A stretch of DNA of 54,946 bases, taken from positions 1 to 54,946 of IMG/VR virus record IMGVR_UViG_3300023106_000155, one strand, 5' to 3'. The position numbers and the translations under genes were made by a program. The notes under the pieces are model-generated. The model was not told the origin of the DNA, made no database searches, and saw only the letters and a program-made list of their open reading frames with translations. Below are positions 1 through 8,750 of this stretch, piece by piece (within the stretch, counting starts at the first letter, position 1; each line of letters starts with the position of its first letter). The stretch comes from a virus. Taxonomy: Duplodnaviria > Caudoviricetes.

Positions 1-32
1 ATGTGTCCCTGGTTCGATCCCTGGAGGTACCA
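1..32 (+). tRNA. 3' half of a tRNA, probably tRNA-Phe; likely att core
   Basis: CCTGG-TTCGATC-CCTGG T-arm region followed by AGGTACCA acceptor end; resembles Flavobacterium tRNA-Phe from memory; anticodon lies outside the window. Confidence 0.8.
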
Positions 33-35
33 CTT

Positions 36-75
36 AAAGCCTAAAACCTCTCCCAACTTGGTTTTAGGCTTTTTA
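36..75 (+). terminator. Intrinsic terminator after the tRNA
   Basis: AAAGCCTAAAACC / GGTTTTAGGCTTT stem followed by T tract. Confidence 0.8.
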
Positions 76-144
76 TTTCAAATCACTTTCGAGACGTGTA
101 GCTACATAAACGACAATGTAATCGGCAATGTAACTACGCACATC

Positions 145-1407
145 ATGAAACAACTTCTTTTTGACTGCTCATACACGGATGTATGGGTGTCGCCACCGAA
201 TTGGAAAACAATCACGGGAAAAGCTGCGCTTAAAAAATCGTGGTACGTCCAATGCAATTTCTTCGACCCTAATTTCAAAGAAAGCCACCCGAAAGGATTT
301 CAATTTAGAAAAAAACTCAACAAATTCAATACATTAGAACTTCGCAAAGCTGCGGTTGAATTGTATCTTGTTGAAATTCCAAAGCTTTTTGAAGAGAAAG
401 GATTCAATCCATTTACCAAGGCCTTCATGATTCCGGAGAATAACCCGGTTATTACTGCCAAACTTAATCCCGAATTGAATTGCGTTGCAGCAATTGAGCT
501 GGCATGGGATAAGATTCTGGAATCGGCCTTAAAAAACAAAGCAAAGAAAAATACAAATCCTTTTCCAGATGTGAAGCAGGCAAAGAACCGGTTCGTAAAA
601 GCGCTAAAGGAACTGCATTTTGATTCGATTGCAATAAAGGACCTGAAGCTTTCAGAGGTCAAGGAGACGTTATCTTATTTGAATCTGCCTGATGCTTCAT
701 ATAACAAGTTTCTTTCGTACATGGCCAAGATATTTACGGAATTGATTGAGTATGGCTGTGTGGAAACAAACCCGTTTAAGTTATTCAAGAAAAAAAGCAT
801 CGTTACCAAGATTAGAGAAGTTCTTCAGGAAGAGGATTTTGCCGATGTCATGGATTTTCTGGAAGAGCATTATTACGAGTTCTACCGATACGGAATGATT
901 TTCCACATGTCCGGAGCCAGAACCACGGAATTATTTTTGGTACAGAAAAAAGATGTCGATTTAAAAAATCAGGAATATAAAGTATTGATTAAAAAAGGTG
1001 ATCAGTATGTTGAAGAAGTAAAAGTCATCATGCTCGATGCTATGCCATTTTGGAGAGAAATAATGAAAGAATGTAAGTCCGAGGAAGATTATCTGTTTAG
1101 CAAAGGACTGAAACCGGGCAAAGTTGCAATTGCTGCGCGACAAATTTCAATCAGATGGAGAAGGCATGTAAAAATAAAATTCAAAACATTATTCAATAGA
1201 GAAATAACCGCTGATTTTTACGCTTTAAAACATCTTTTCCTTGACAAACTGGATTCGAAGCAATATGAAATAAACAATGCTCCAGATAATTTAGCACAGA
1301 CAATGGCCAGCCATAGATCACCAAACATTACCAATCGTGTATATTTGGTCAATAAGAAAAAAAGAGAACGTGATTTTTTGAAAACGATCAAAGTTAGTGC
1401 TAGTTAA
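145..1407 (+). CDS. int: Tyrosine recombinase / phage integrase (true start likely ATG 145, MKQLLF)
   Basis: SGAR box I, FYALKH, MASH and RVY catalytic motifs; adjacent to tRNA; ORF-track start at 1 lies inside the tRNA. Confidence 0.92.
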   Translation: MKQLLFDCSYTDVWVSPPNWKTITGKAALKKSWYVQCNFFDPNFKESHPKGFQFRKKLNKFNTLELRKAAVELYLVEIPKLFEEKGFNPFTKAFMIPENNPVITAKLNPELNCVAAIELAWDKILESALKNKAKKNTNPFPDVKQAKNRFVKALKELHFDSIAIKDLKLSEVKETLSYLNLPDASYNKFLSYMAKIFTELIEYGCVETNPFKLFKKKSIVTKIREVLQEEDFADVMDFLEEHYYEFYRYGMIFHMSGARTTELFLVQKKDVDLKNQEYKVLIKKGDQYVEEVKVIMLDAMPFWREIMKECKSEEDYLFSKGLKPGKVAIAARQISIRWRRHVKIKFKTLFNREITADFYALKHLFLDKLDSKQYEINNAPDNLAQTMASHRSPNITNRVYLVNKKKRERDFLKTIKVSAS

Positions 1408-1492
1408 TACAAATGTGTTTCATAAAATAATAGTTAATTAGTAATGATCTCTAAATAGTTATTTATAACTTTAAATGTTAAACTGATAAATT

Positions 1493-1876
1493 ATGTATGC
1501 AATCTGTGAATTCCAGCTGCCTGTCAAACTTCATATTGCAGGAATGGGTATTAATAAAGAAGCGTTGAAAGATATTTCTTTAACGCTTATTTCCTATTTA
1601 AAAAATCGGCAAGCAGTCCTAACAAGCGTAGACCAGCATTTTGGCGATATTGACAATCAAAACGATAATGAAGTAAACCCGCCTCAAGTGGATTGCACTT
1701 TTTTTGAAGTCAGCATTAACTTAGACCAACATCAGCGCGAAGACTGGAGGACATTTGACAATCTAATTTATGATAAGGTGATTGCGGAATTGGAATCAGA
1801 TGATTTATATATTTCGGCATTCTGGAACCGTGGACGTGAAGAGCATATTGCATTCATAAAAGATAATAACAACTGA
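1493..1876 (+). CDS. Hypothetical acidic protein, paralog 1 of triplet
   Basis: 127-aa ORF coupled to next gene (TGATG); aligns by eye with 2350..2733. Confidence 0.8.
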   Translation: MYAICEFQLPVKLHIAGMGINKEALKDISLTLISYLKNRQAVLTSVDQHFGDIDNQNDNEVNPPQVDCTFFEVSINLDQHQREDWRTFDNLIYDKVIAELESDDLYISAFWNRGREEHIAFIKDNNN

Positions 1877-2343
1877 TGGACTATTACAAAATAAGGCTCA
1901 AACTTTCTAAAAGTATTCTTCCTAAATTTAAGGAAGAAGAGCTTCAATGGTTTGCTGTCAAAAAGCTGGTAAAAGAAGGTAAAGGAGAAATTATTGTGCT
2001 TGAAAAGTCCGATGATGAATTTGACAAACCAGCAGGGCTTCCAGAATTTCCAGAATGGAATATAAAATTAAAGACAGATTTATATTTTGATTTTTCAAAA
2101 CTGCTGACCGATGATGAAGCAAGTGACAGTCAAAAGATATTTGCAAAGCTTTTCGAAGAATTGGAACAAAGCAATGTTTTGGAATATTCTTATGAAAATG
2201 AAAGTGGCAGATTTGAAAGCTGGGCATACTTCGATAATTCTGATTTTGCGGAAGCTGAAATGATTGATAAAAAGAATCCAGGCGATGGAACAAAACAAAC
2301 TCCTGAGCAAATCGATATGTTTAAAAAGAAACGCAAAAAATAA
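1876..2343 (+). CDS. Hypothetical protein, probable paralog 2 of triplet
   Basis: 155-aa ORF; IFAKLFEELE matches the IxxKVxxEL helix of its neighbours. Confidence 0.8.
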   Translation: MDYYKIRLKLSKSILPKFKEEELQWFAVKKLVKEGKGEIIVLEKSDDEFDKPAGLPEFPEWNIKLKTDLYFDFSKLLTDDEASDSQKIFAKLFEELEQSNVLEYSYENESGRFESWAYFDNSDFAEAEMIDKKNPGDGTKQTPEQIDMFKKKRKK

Positions 2344-2352
2344 AATAATTTG

Positions 2353-2733
2353 ATGAAAGCACTTGTAGAGATAAAGCTAAACAAATTGATAAGCGACGTT
2401 CGTATTAAACAATTAAATTCCAATGTATATGAAGATGTAATTGATACGCTGCTGGAAGATGATGGCTATACTCTTCTCCTTGTCTCAAAATTTGTAGCCT
2501 CTCAAGCACATGTGAAAAATTTTACTGCCAGCAATATGCCAAATGTCACTTTCGTGTCATTAGTTATAGAATTGCAAGAAGAACAAATTTTAAATTTTGA
2601 AAGCTATGAAAATGTAATTTTAGGCAAAGTTCTTGACGAACTAGGAACAAAATATTTACAGATTATTGATTTGCCCGGCGAAGACGATGACAACTTTTTA
2701 TTTTTCGGATCCGACTTTGAAATCGACAACTAG
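2353..2733 (+). CDS. Hypothetical acidic protein, paralog 3 of triplet
   Basis: ORF with ATG at 2353 (TTG at 2350); stop overlaps the convergent SRAP stop (CTAG). Confidence 0.8.
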   Translation: MKALVEIKLNKLISDVRIKQLNSNVYEDVIDTLLEDDGYTLLLVSKFVASQAHVKNFTASNMPNVTFVSLVIELQEEQILNFESYENVILGKVLDELGTKYLQIIDLPGEDDDNFLFFGSDFEIDN

Positions 2734-3371
2734 AACAACTGCAAAGGCATTTTGTCAACTGGTTCTGCAATCAGTTCAACTTCGCTTCTGTTGTGGTAAA
2801 TTTCCATAGGTTCTCCTTTCAGCCAAAGTTCTTCTTCTTGTTTTCGCAATACAACCGGCATTCTTTTTTTGCTGTTGTGGATTTCTGTCATTAACTCATT
2901 TGCGTCGGTAGTAAGAATGGTATAAGTCAAATTTATATTTCCACTTGAATCCGTATTTTCATTGAATAATCCCGCAAATGCAAAAGGCTCATTATCCTTT
3001 GTATAAATGCGATGCTTTATTTTTTCTTTTCCTACATGCTTCCATTCAAAAAAAGAAGTTGCCAGCACAAGGCATCTGTTGTCCAGCGAATGCTTGAATG
3101 AATTCTTTGTTTCTAAGGTTTCTATTTTAGCGTTTAGCGTATTTGATTTCTTCCAAAACTCTTTTGCATTGTCCTTTGCAAAAAAAGGCACAAGTCCCCA
3201 TTGCGCATTCACAATTATGCCAGATTCTTTATTTGATATTATCGGAGTTGCCGGATGCGTAAATCCGTTATACTCTTCTGAGATCATAAAATTTTCAGGG
3301 TCTTCCATCATTGCCTTGAACAATTTTTCAAGCTTTTTCAATGAGGCCATTTGTTGAAAATAGTAGCACAT
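2730..3371 (-). CDS. SOS response-associated peptidase (SRAP/YedK/HMCES family)
   Basis: N-terminal M-C, WGLVP, NAKIET, RCLV..FFEW, FAFAGL, IHNSKKRMPVVL. Confidence 0.95.
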   Translation of the reverse strand: MCYYFQQMASLKKLEKLFKAMMEDPENFMISEEYNGFTHPATPIISNKESGIIVNAQWGLVPFFAKDNAKEFWKKSNTLNAKIETLETKNSFKHSLDNRCLVLATSFFEWKHVGKEKIKHRIYTKDNEPFAFAGLFNENTDSSGNINLTYTILTTDANELMTEIHNSKKRMPVVLRKQEEELWLKGEPMEIYHNRSEVELIAEPVDKMPLQLF

Positions 3372-3398
3372 AATTCTTTTTTACTTAAAGATAAGAAA

Positions 3399-4661
3399 CT
3401 ATCTGCAATTGACAACAATCAGATCGCTCCAGCGTGTAGTATAGGACGGCGATAATCTTTCACGGCGCATTTTCCATTTTCTTTTCAAGCTTTGGCTTCC
3501 AAGCCTAATTTTGGTGTTTCCGATTTTGCGGTTCAATTTATCGATAACTTTTAAAACGTCTTGGTGTTTTGGATTTTCACCGCCAAATATTTTCATTTGG
3601 TAGCTGTCGGCTGGCGTAATCGTGCTGACAATTACCCCAGCTTTTTTATAGTCGATTCCTTCATAAAAAATCATATCGAGTGCAAGAATTGCCAGGCGGT
3701 TGATTTCAAAGGTTGAATTAGTTGGAAAATCTGTCTTGATTCTTATGTTTCTGTAATACTGCGGCAAATCTTGCCTAAAAGGATTTGACATTAAGAAAAC
3801 ATCAATCGCATTGGTGTGCAGTTTGTCTTTTCGTAATTTTTCTGCAACGGTTCCGGCATAGGTTGAAATCCTTTCCCGCAAATCTTTTTTATCCTTTAGC
3901 ATATTTTCAAAGCTGCGGGTGCATGCGATGTTCTGCTTTGGCTTAATTTCCTCAAAATCGATTGAACTAATTCCCATCAAATCATGTTTGAGGCGAAGTC
4001 CTACTACTGTCATGTTTTTACGAACCCAGTCATCATTCATTTGGCTGAATTTGTAGGCATCTGTAATATTTAACGCCATAAGCCTTTTGGCGTGCTGTCT
4101 TCCAATTCCCCAAACATCGCCAATCTTGGTCCACTTCAAAGCCTTGATTCTTTTTTCATCACTATCGATAACGTATGCATTGCCGGTACGGTCAGGAAAT
4201 TTCTTTGCAATCTTATTTGCAATTTTTGCAAGTGCTTTTGTCGGGGCAATTCCAACAGAAACGGGAATCCCTGTGCATTTCAAAACTCGTTTGTGTATAG
4301 CCTTTCCGTGTTGGTGCAAGTCCCAATTTTCAAAACCTATGAATTTCAGAAAGGCTTCATCGATGGAATAAACTTCCAAATCGGGTGTGAATTCTGCAAG
4401 CGTGGACATTACACGCTTTGACATATCGCCATAAAGCGCATAATTGGAAGAAAACACGTGAACATTGTTTTTTTCAAAAACATCTTTAAACTGGTGCGCC
4501 GGAGCGCCCATCGGACAAAAAGGCTTGCACTCATTTGAACGTGCAATAACACATCCGTCATTGTTTGACAGTATGGCGATTGGCTTTCCATTAAGCGATG
4601 GATCAAACACACGCTGGCAGGAAGCATAAAAATTATTACAATCTACAAGGCCAAACATCAC
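3399..4661 (-). CDS. umuC: Y-family DNA polymerase V subunit UmuC
   Basis: DCNNFYAS, SNNDGC, YSIDEAF, VWGIG, C-terminal LSPSYTTRW. Confidence 0.96.
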   Translation of the reverse strand: MMFGLVDCNNFYASCQRVFDPSLNGKPIAILSNNDGCVIARSNECKPFCPMGAPAHQFKDVFEKNNVHVFSSNYALYGDMSKRVMSTLAEFTPDLEVYSIDEAFLKFIGFENWDLHQHGKAIHKRVLKCTGIPVSVGIAPTKALAKIANKIAKKFPDRTGNAYVIDSDEKRIKALKWTKIGDVWGIGRQHAKRLMALNITDAYKFSQMNDDWVRKNMTVVGLRLKHDLMGISSIDFEEIKPKQNIACTRSFENMLKDKKDLRERISTYAGTVAEKLRKDKLHTNAIDVFLMSNPFRQDLPQYYRNIRIKTDFPTNSTFEINRLAILALDMIFYEGIDYKKAGVIVSTITPADSYQMKIFGGENPKHQDVLKVIDKLNRKIGNTKIRLGSQSLKRKWKMRRERLSPSYTTRWSDLIVVNCR

Positions 4662-5110
4662 CTGAAGGATTTAATGACGTTGATCACAATTCCCCAGATA
4701 AGAAGTTCATTTTCAGAGGTAACTTTTATAGGAGCATAAGCCTCATTTTCGGCAACCAACCAAACTATATCTTTTTCAATCAGAATTGTCTTAACGGTAA
4801 ATTCTCCGTCCAAATAACAGACAGCAATATCTCCATTTTTCGGCTCAAGTGATTTGTCTATGACCATGATATCGCCATTGCAGATGCCTACGTCTTTCAT
4901 CGAGTTGCCTTTGACTTTGGCGTAAAAAGTTGCGCTGGGATGCTTGATGAAAGTTGCATTGAAATCTAGTTCATTTTCAAGGAAGTCATCAGCAGGAGAA
5001 GGAAAACCAGCTGAAACACCGCCATCAAAAAAAGGAAGGCTCAGTGCAGTCCCTGTATTTGCTGTAAAAAACTCTAAAGTTTCGCTGTCGTGCAATCTGA
5101 TCACTTTCAT
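4658..5110 (-). CDS. umuD: UmuD (S24 autopeptidase)
   Basis: VSAGFPSPA cleavage region, GNSM Ser, FTVK Lys; overlaps umuC start. Confidence 0.95.
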   Translation of the reverse strand: MKVIRLHDSETLEFFTANTGTALSLPFFDGGVSAGFPSPADDFLENELDFNATFIKHPSATFYAKVKGNSMKDVGICNGDIMVIDKSLEPKNGDIAVCYLDGEFTVKTILIEKDIVWLVAENEAYAPIKVTSENELLIWGIVINVIKSFR

Positions 5111-5205
5111 AGTTCTGCATTTTATGGACTACAAAGCTATGACTGAATTTTATAAATTAAATATTAAAGTTTTCAGATTAACATTTGATGTAAGATTGTA
5201 CACAT

Positions 5206-5230
5206 AAAAAAAGCGCCGAGATTGGCGCTT
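5206..5230 (-). terminator. Intrinsic terminator separating the small-gene operon from umuDC
   Basis: AAGCGCC/GGCGCTT stem with T tract on - strand. Confidence 0.75.
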
Positions 5231-5372
5231 AAATATTTATAAATTCACTAGATGGAGCATAATATTCCCGTCCATCATCTAATTTTATTATTGTAGTTAA
5301 TGGCCTTCCTGTAGGCTGAACTTCTTTTACGAAAACACCTTGGTGTCCTGTCAATTTATGTTTTAGTCTCAT
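5229..5372 (-). CDS. 47-aa small protein MRLKHKLTGHQGVFVKEVQPTGRPLTTIIKLDDGREYYAPSSEFINI (below ORF-track cutoff; beta-rich, possibly SH3-like)
   Basis: Manual translation; start overlaps end of HTH gene; stop abuts terminator. Confidence 0.65.
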   Translation of the reverse strand: MRLKHKLTGHQGVFVKEVQPTGRPLTTIIKLDDGREYYAPSSEFINI

Positions 5373-5562
5373 ATTCTTTTGCTTTATTAAAAATAAAACT
5401 TTTTAGATCATCTAGATTCTTTTGATTGAACGTATGCCTTTCGGAATTGTCATTTTTCTTATTCCTGAATGTTGCATAAGTCACACCCATAGCCTCAGCA
5501 GCTTTAATTCCAGACATTCCAAAAGCATCCAATATTTTAAGTATTTCTTCTTTTGGTTCCAT
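5356..5562 (-). CDS. Small helix-turn-helix regulator (Aca-like position)
   Basis: MSGIKAAEAMGVTYATFRNK HTH pattern. Confidence 0.8.
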   Translation of the reverse strand: MEPKEEILKILDAFGMSGIKAAEAMGVTYATFRNKKNDNSERHTFNQKNLDDLKSFIFNKAKEYETKT

Positions 5563-5564
5563 AT

Positions 5565-5879
5565 TTAAATATTATTTTCATCCCATCTAAAAAATTCACT
5601 CAGATACTTCCAAGCACCTTTCAAAATAGCATCTTCGTTGTGTTCAAACTGATCGCAATTGTTTTGCACGAAAACACCAAACCAATTTTCACCTTCATAT
5701 TCAAATCGATCTTGTTTTCCAGTAAACTGAAAATCCCCGAATTCATCAACATTTATAAATTCAATTAGTGATAAGCTTGGACGGTGGTAAATCCAAATCC
5801 TGTCATCATTCTGCGTACCATCTTCAATAGCAATCTGGCACATTAGATAATTTGGCTGTTCGAAGTTAAATTTTTCCAT
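5565..5879 (-). CDS. Hypothetical acidic protein
   Basis: 104-aa ORF in operon with the HTH gene. Confidence 0.8.
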   Translation of the reverse strand: MEKFNFEQPNYLMCQIAIEDGTQNDDRIWIYHRPSLSLIEFINVDEFGDFQFTGKQDRFEYEGENWFGVFVQNNCDQFEHNEDAILKGAWKYLSEFFRWDENNI

Positions 5880-5961
5880 ATATTTGTTTTGAATTTAATT
5901 GTTTCAATTAAGTTTCGTTTCTACAAAACGTTAAGCCTCTCTTTTCGAGAGGCTTTTTTGT

Positions 5962-6270
5962 CTATAATTCATCGCTGATTTTATCTTCAGCATAAGGTTG
6001 ACCAAGTTCATAAGTGTAAACATCATCGATATATCTTTCAGTTCCATTTTCAATTTCTTCAACTGAAAGCAGGATATCATTTTTATCTGAATCATACCAA
6101 CCTTCACTTTCAACGAAAATTTCACCGGCTGAACTTTCGGAAATTTCTTCATGTCGCTGTTTGGCAAAAATCTGTTTTGCTTCCTCAAAACTGTAAGCCA
6201 GAACATGTCTTACTAAATTAAATTGACCACCTTGTCTTTTTTTGTAAACTGGGAATTCACTTGGATTCAT
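5962..6270 (-). CDS. Hypothetical highly acidic protein
   Basis: 102-aa ORF, first gene after the operator-containing promoter. Confidence 0.8.
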   Translation of the reverse strand: MNPSEFPVYKKRQGGQFNLVRHVLAYSFEEAKQIFAKQRHEEISESSAGEIFVESEGWYDSDKNDILLSVEEIENGTERYIDDVYTYELGQPYAEDKISDEL

Positions 6271-6311
6271 AATTTTAAAATTTAATTATTATTTGTTTCA
6301 TTTCTACACTG

Positions 6312-6339
6312 CGAATATACGTTACTTTTTTGTAACGTA
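6312..6339 (-). promoter_or_regulatory. Promoter -7 (TATATTCG) overlapped by palindromic operator TACGTTAC-N6-GTAACGTA
   Basis: Perfect 8-bp arms at 6318..6339; same site recurs at 29150..29169. Confidence 0.75.
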
Positions 6340-6371
6340 AAAATAAATATAAAACTTTAACATTTTTGCAT

Positions 6372-6569
6372 AAAAAAACTGCATTCAGTAATCTGAATAC
6401 AGTTTAGAAACACTTTCGTGTCGGTCCAAAAATACTATTCTTGGAGATGGTAATTATCTCTTGAAAAGAAAAATCTTTTATAAAAAAAAGAGGACGTGCG
6501 ATCCTCTTTTTTGTGGTGAATCAATCCTCAAGGATTCATCTTTAGCAGTAAACCCCACTTGGAACTGCT
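6372..6569 (-). ncRNA. Candidate structured sRNA (chain of about 8 hairpins including two terminators)
   Basis: TATATTTG -7 at 6575..6582, back-to-back stems, no minus-strand ORF of note, terminators at 6482..6512 and 6372..6405. Confidence 0.5.
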
Positions 6570-6636
6570 CGATGCAAATATATTCAGTTAAATTTAGGAA
6601 TATTTATACCATTGAAGTATTATCTTATACCATTAA

Positions 6637-7230
6637 CTATACAGGAGATATCCTGCGATATCTCCACCACAAATATAATCCTAACGGTATAACCAACAAT
6701 AAAAGCCACCAAAAAGAGAAACCTCTTTGTGCATCAGTTTCTTTATTTGAAGTTTCAGAACTCGTCTCATCTTCTCTTTTATAATTCAGATTTTGATTAA
6801 AATCAAATAGATCCTTTGTTCTAGAATTATCAGTGAATAATGATTTATCATTAAGATTTGATTTTTCTTCAGAAACAGTATTATCGGTTTTTTTTCCGTT
6901 GTTGACTTTTGCGTTTTCCCATTTTGTAGTCGTTTTATTTCCTTCTATAACGACTTCTTTTGTCATTGGCTTTGTGGGATCAATAGGCTCAAGATTTTCA
7001 TTTTCTTCAACTACATTATTTTCAACTTTCTTTTCATTTTCAGCAACGATATCCGTTTGATTATGAATGTCGTTTTGAACGTCCTTTTCTATTACGGCCG
7101 TAGTTTTTGCTGAAGTTTCAATATTTGTTTCAGATTTATTTTCTGTTTTTGACTTTGAAGACTTTCTGGATCCGCAGGATGTTCCCGACAATAATGTCGC
7201 GAACATCAAAAATAAAATAACATTTTTCAT
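6637..7230 (-). CDS. Unimolecular spanin-like lipoprotein
   Basis: Lipoprotein signal (MKNVILFLMFATLLSGTSC) plus C-terminal TM helix (WWLLLLVIPLGLYLWW); follows the endolysin. Confidence 0.8.
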   Translation of the reverse strand: MKNVILFLMFATLLSGTSCGSRKSSKSKTENKSETNIETSAKTTAVIEKDVQNDIHNQTDIVAENEKKVENNVVEENENLEPIDPTKPMTKEVVIEGNKTTTKWENAKVNNGKKTDNTVSEEKSNLNDKSLFTDNSRTKDLFDFNQNLNYKREDETSSETSNKETDAQRGFSFWWLLLLVIPLGLYLWWRYRRISPV

Positions 7231-7235
7231 AATTA

Positions 7236-7784
7236 TCAATTTACCAAATTATCATATTTGATGATTGTTGAAGCAACGAACTTAGCAACCAGCGGTTTCT
7301 TCTCATCCCAAGCCTTCAAGTCATTTGGGTTTGAAATGAAGCAATGTTCAATCAAGACCGCAATGCCAGGCTTATTTAAGATTCCAATCTTTTTTCTAGG
7401 AGACTGGCTTTCAGTTTTTACACCACGATTTGCAATACCAAGAATTTTCGAAATACCGTCAACCAATTCCTTTGCCATTTGTTTGCTCAACGCTCCAGCA
7501 TTGTCAGAAACAAAAACTTCTGTTCCTGTTGCTTTTGAATTTGCTGATGCATTCATGTGATTATCGACAATCACATCAGTTCTGTTTGGCTTGATTCGTG
7601 ATTGCAAAACAGTATTGGTTTCGCTGTCATTATCAGTATCAAAATCATGTCCTTTCAATTCGGCCAGAACCAAATTTCTAAGGCACATCATTTCTTCACT
7701 TTCTTTTCTTCCGTTGTAAGTTGCACCAGGATCATTTAAGTGATGTCCTGCTAATGGAAATGCTTTTTTATTGCTACTACTCAT
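7236..7784 (-). CDS. Endolysin, N-acetylmuramoyl-L-alanine amidase (Amidase_3)
   Basis: AGH..DPGA, E, HMNAS, LIEHCFISN zinc-amidase motifs. Confidence 0.92.
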   Translation of the reverse strand: MSSSNKKAFPLAGHHLNDPGATYNGRKESEEMMCLRNLVLAELKGHDFDTDNDSETNTVLQSRIKPNRTDVIVDNHMNASANSKATGTEVFVSDNAGALSKQMAKELVDGISKILGIANRGVKTESQSPRKKIGILNKPGIAVLIEHCFISNPNDLKAWDEKKPLVAKFVASTIIKYDNLVN

Positions 7785-8307
7785 CTTCTTTTGGTTTTAT
7801 TTCGTTTATATTTAAGTTCTGATTGAATTTTTTAATCTTTTCCATCCATCCCATGGGAGGAAATACACCATTTGTAAGCTTTGACATATTTACAAATGCA
7901 GATCCTGCAGGATATAGAAAAACTATTAGCCTGGTCACTAGCGATAGATAATCATAAAGCCATTTATGATAAGCCGTCATTCCGTTAAGAATTTCAAATA
8001 GGATTCCACATGCGATACACAATCCGATCTTTCCCATCAGGCCAAATAGATTTTTTTTAAAAGTGAAATCTTTTGCTTTGAAACCGTGATATATCGAACC
8101 TATAAAATGGTCGATAGCAATCGCTACAAGAACCCCAAAAATAAAATCTCGATTCAGCATCGTCCAGACGTTTATCTTTTCGCCTAAATATGCAATAGGG
8201 CTGATTGAAAGCACAATCATGAATGTCGACTTCAACTTAATAAATGCAGTTCCTGAATAAAATGCCAGAAGATTGCTTAGGAAAAATATTTTTATCTGAT
8301 TGATCAT
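7777..8307 (-). CDS. Holin
   Basis: Several TM segments; directly upstream of and overlapping the endolysin. Confidence 0.75.
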   Translation of the reverse strand: MINQIKIFFLSNLLAFYSGTAFIKLKSTFMIVLSISPIAYLGEKINVWTMLNRDFIFGVLVAIAIDHFIGSIYHGFKAKDFTFKKNLFGLMGKIGLCIACGILFEILNGMTAYHKWLYDYLSLVTRLIVFLYPAGSAFVNMSKLTNGVFPPMGWMEKIKKFNQNLNINEIKPKEDE

Positions 8308-8750
8308 GATTTCTTTTCTAACAAATTAATCGGTTCATTGTCGCCGGGTTTTGACATCTCCTGATGTGGATCTATTTCATGAATCTTTAGATTGCATTCT
8401 GCACGCAAAGCTGTTCGCTGATCTAATATGCTTTGAGGTATCGCAACACCATCTATAATTGATTTTTCAACATAAGGCGCAACAAGTTTTGAAATTTCAG
8501 TTGTATAAAAAGCATTTATTGCATCAATCTTAGACTGATTTACGTTTAAAATTTCCTGTGATGTTGCGCTTTCAAACCAAACGGATCCATCCCATTTAGC
8601 CTTGATTATATTTTCATCTGGCAACTCTGCATCTATCAATTGCCAATCAGAAACCAAACTGCCATTTATTTCATTGCTCCAATTTTCAAGCAAAAATTCT
8701 TCACTGTAAGCTCCACCAAAGCAGAACCCATTTATCAATCTTATCTTCAT
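8304..8750 (-). CDS. Tail fibre assembly/chaperone-like protein (start likely ATG 8750)
   Basis: TAATG coupling to the fibre gene; KAKWDGSVW motif typical of fibre chaperones. Confidence 0.6.
   Translation of the reverse strand: MKIRLINGFCFGGAYSEEFLLENWSNEINGSLVSDWQLIDAELPDENIIKAKWDGSVWFESATSQEILNVNQSKIDAINAFYTTEISKLVAPYVEKSIIDGVAIPQSILDQRTALRAECNLKIHEIDPHQEMSKPGDNEPINLLEKKS

Noticed and set aside
1-144. N-terminal 48-aa extension of the integrase ORF
   Set aside because: It runs through the tRNA and its terminator; ATG 145 is the plausible start
5111-5205. LexA/SOS box upstream of umuD
   Set aside because: Only a weak ACAT-N3-ATGT palindrome; cannot be assigned to a known Bacteroidota SOS motif
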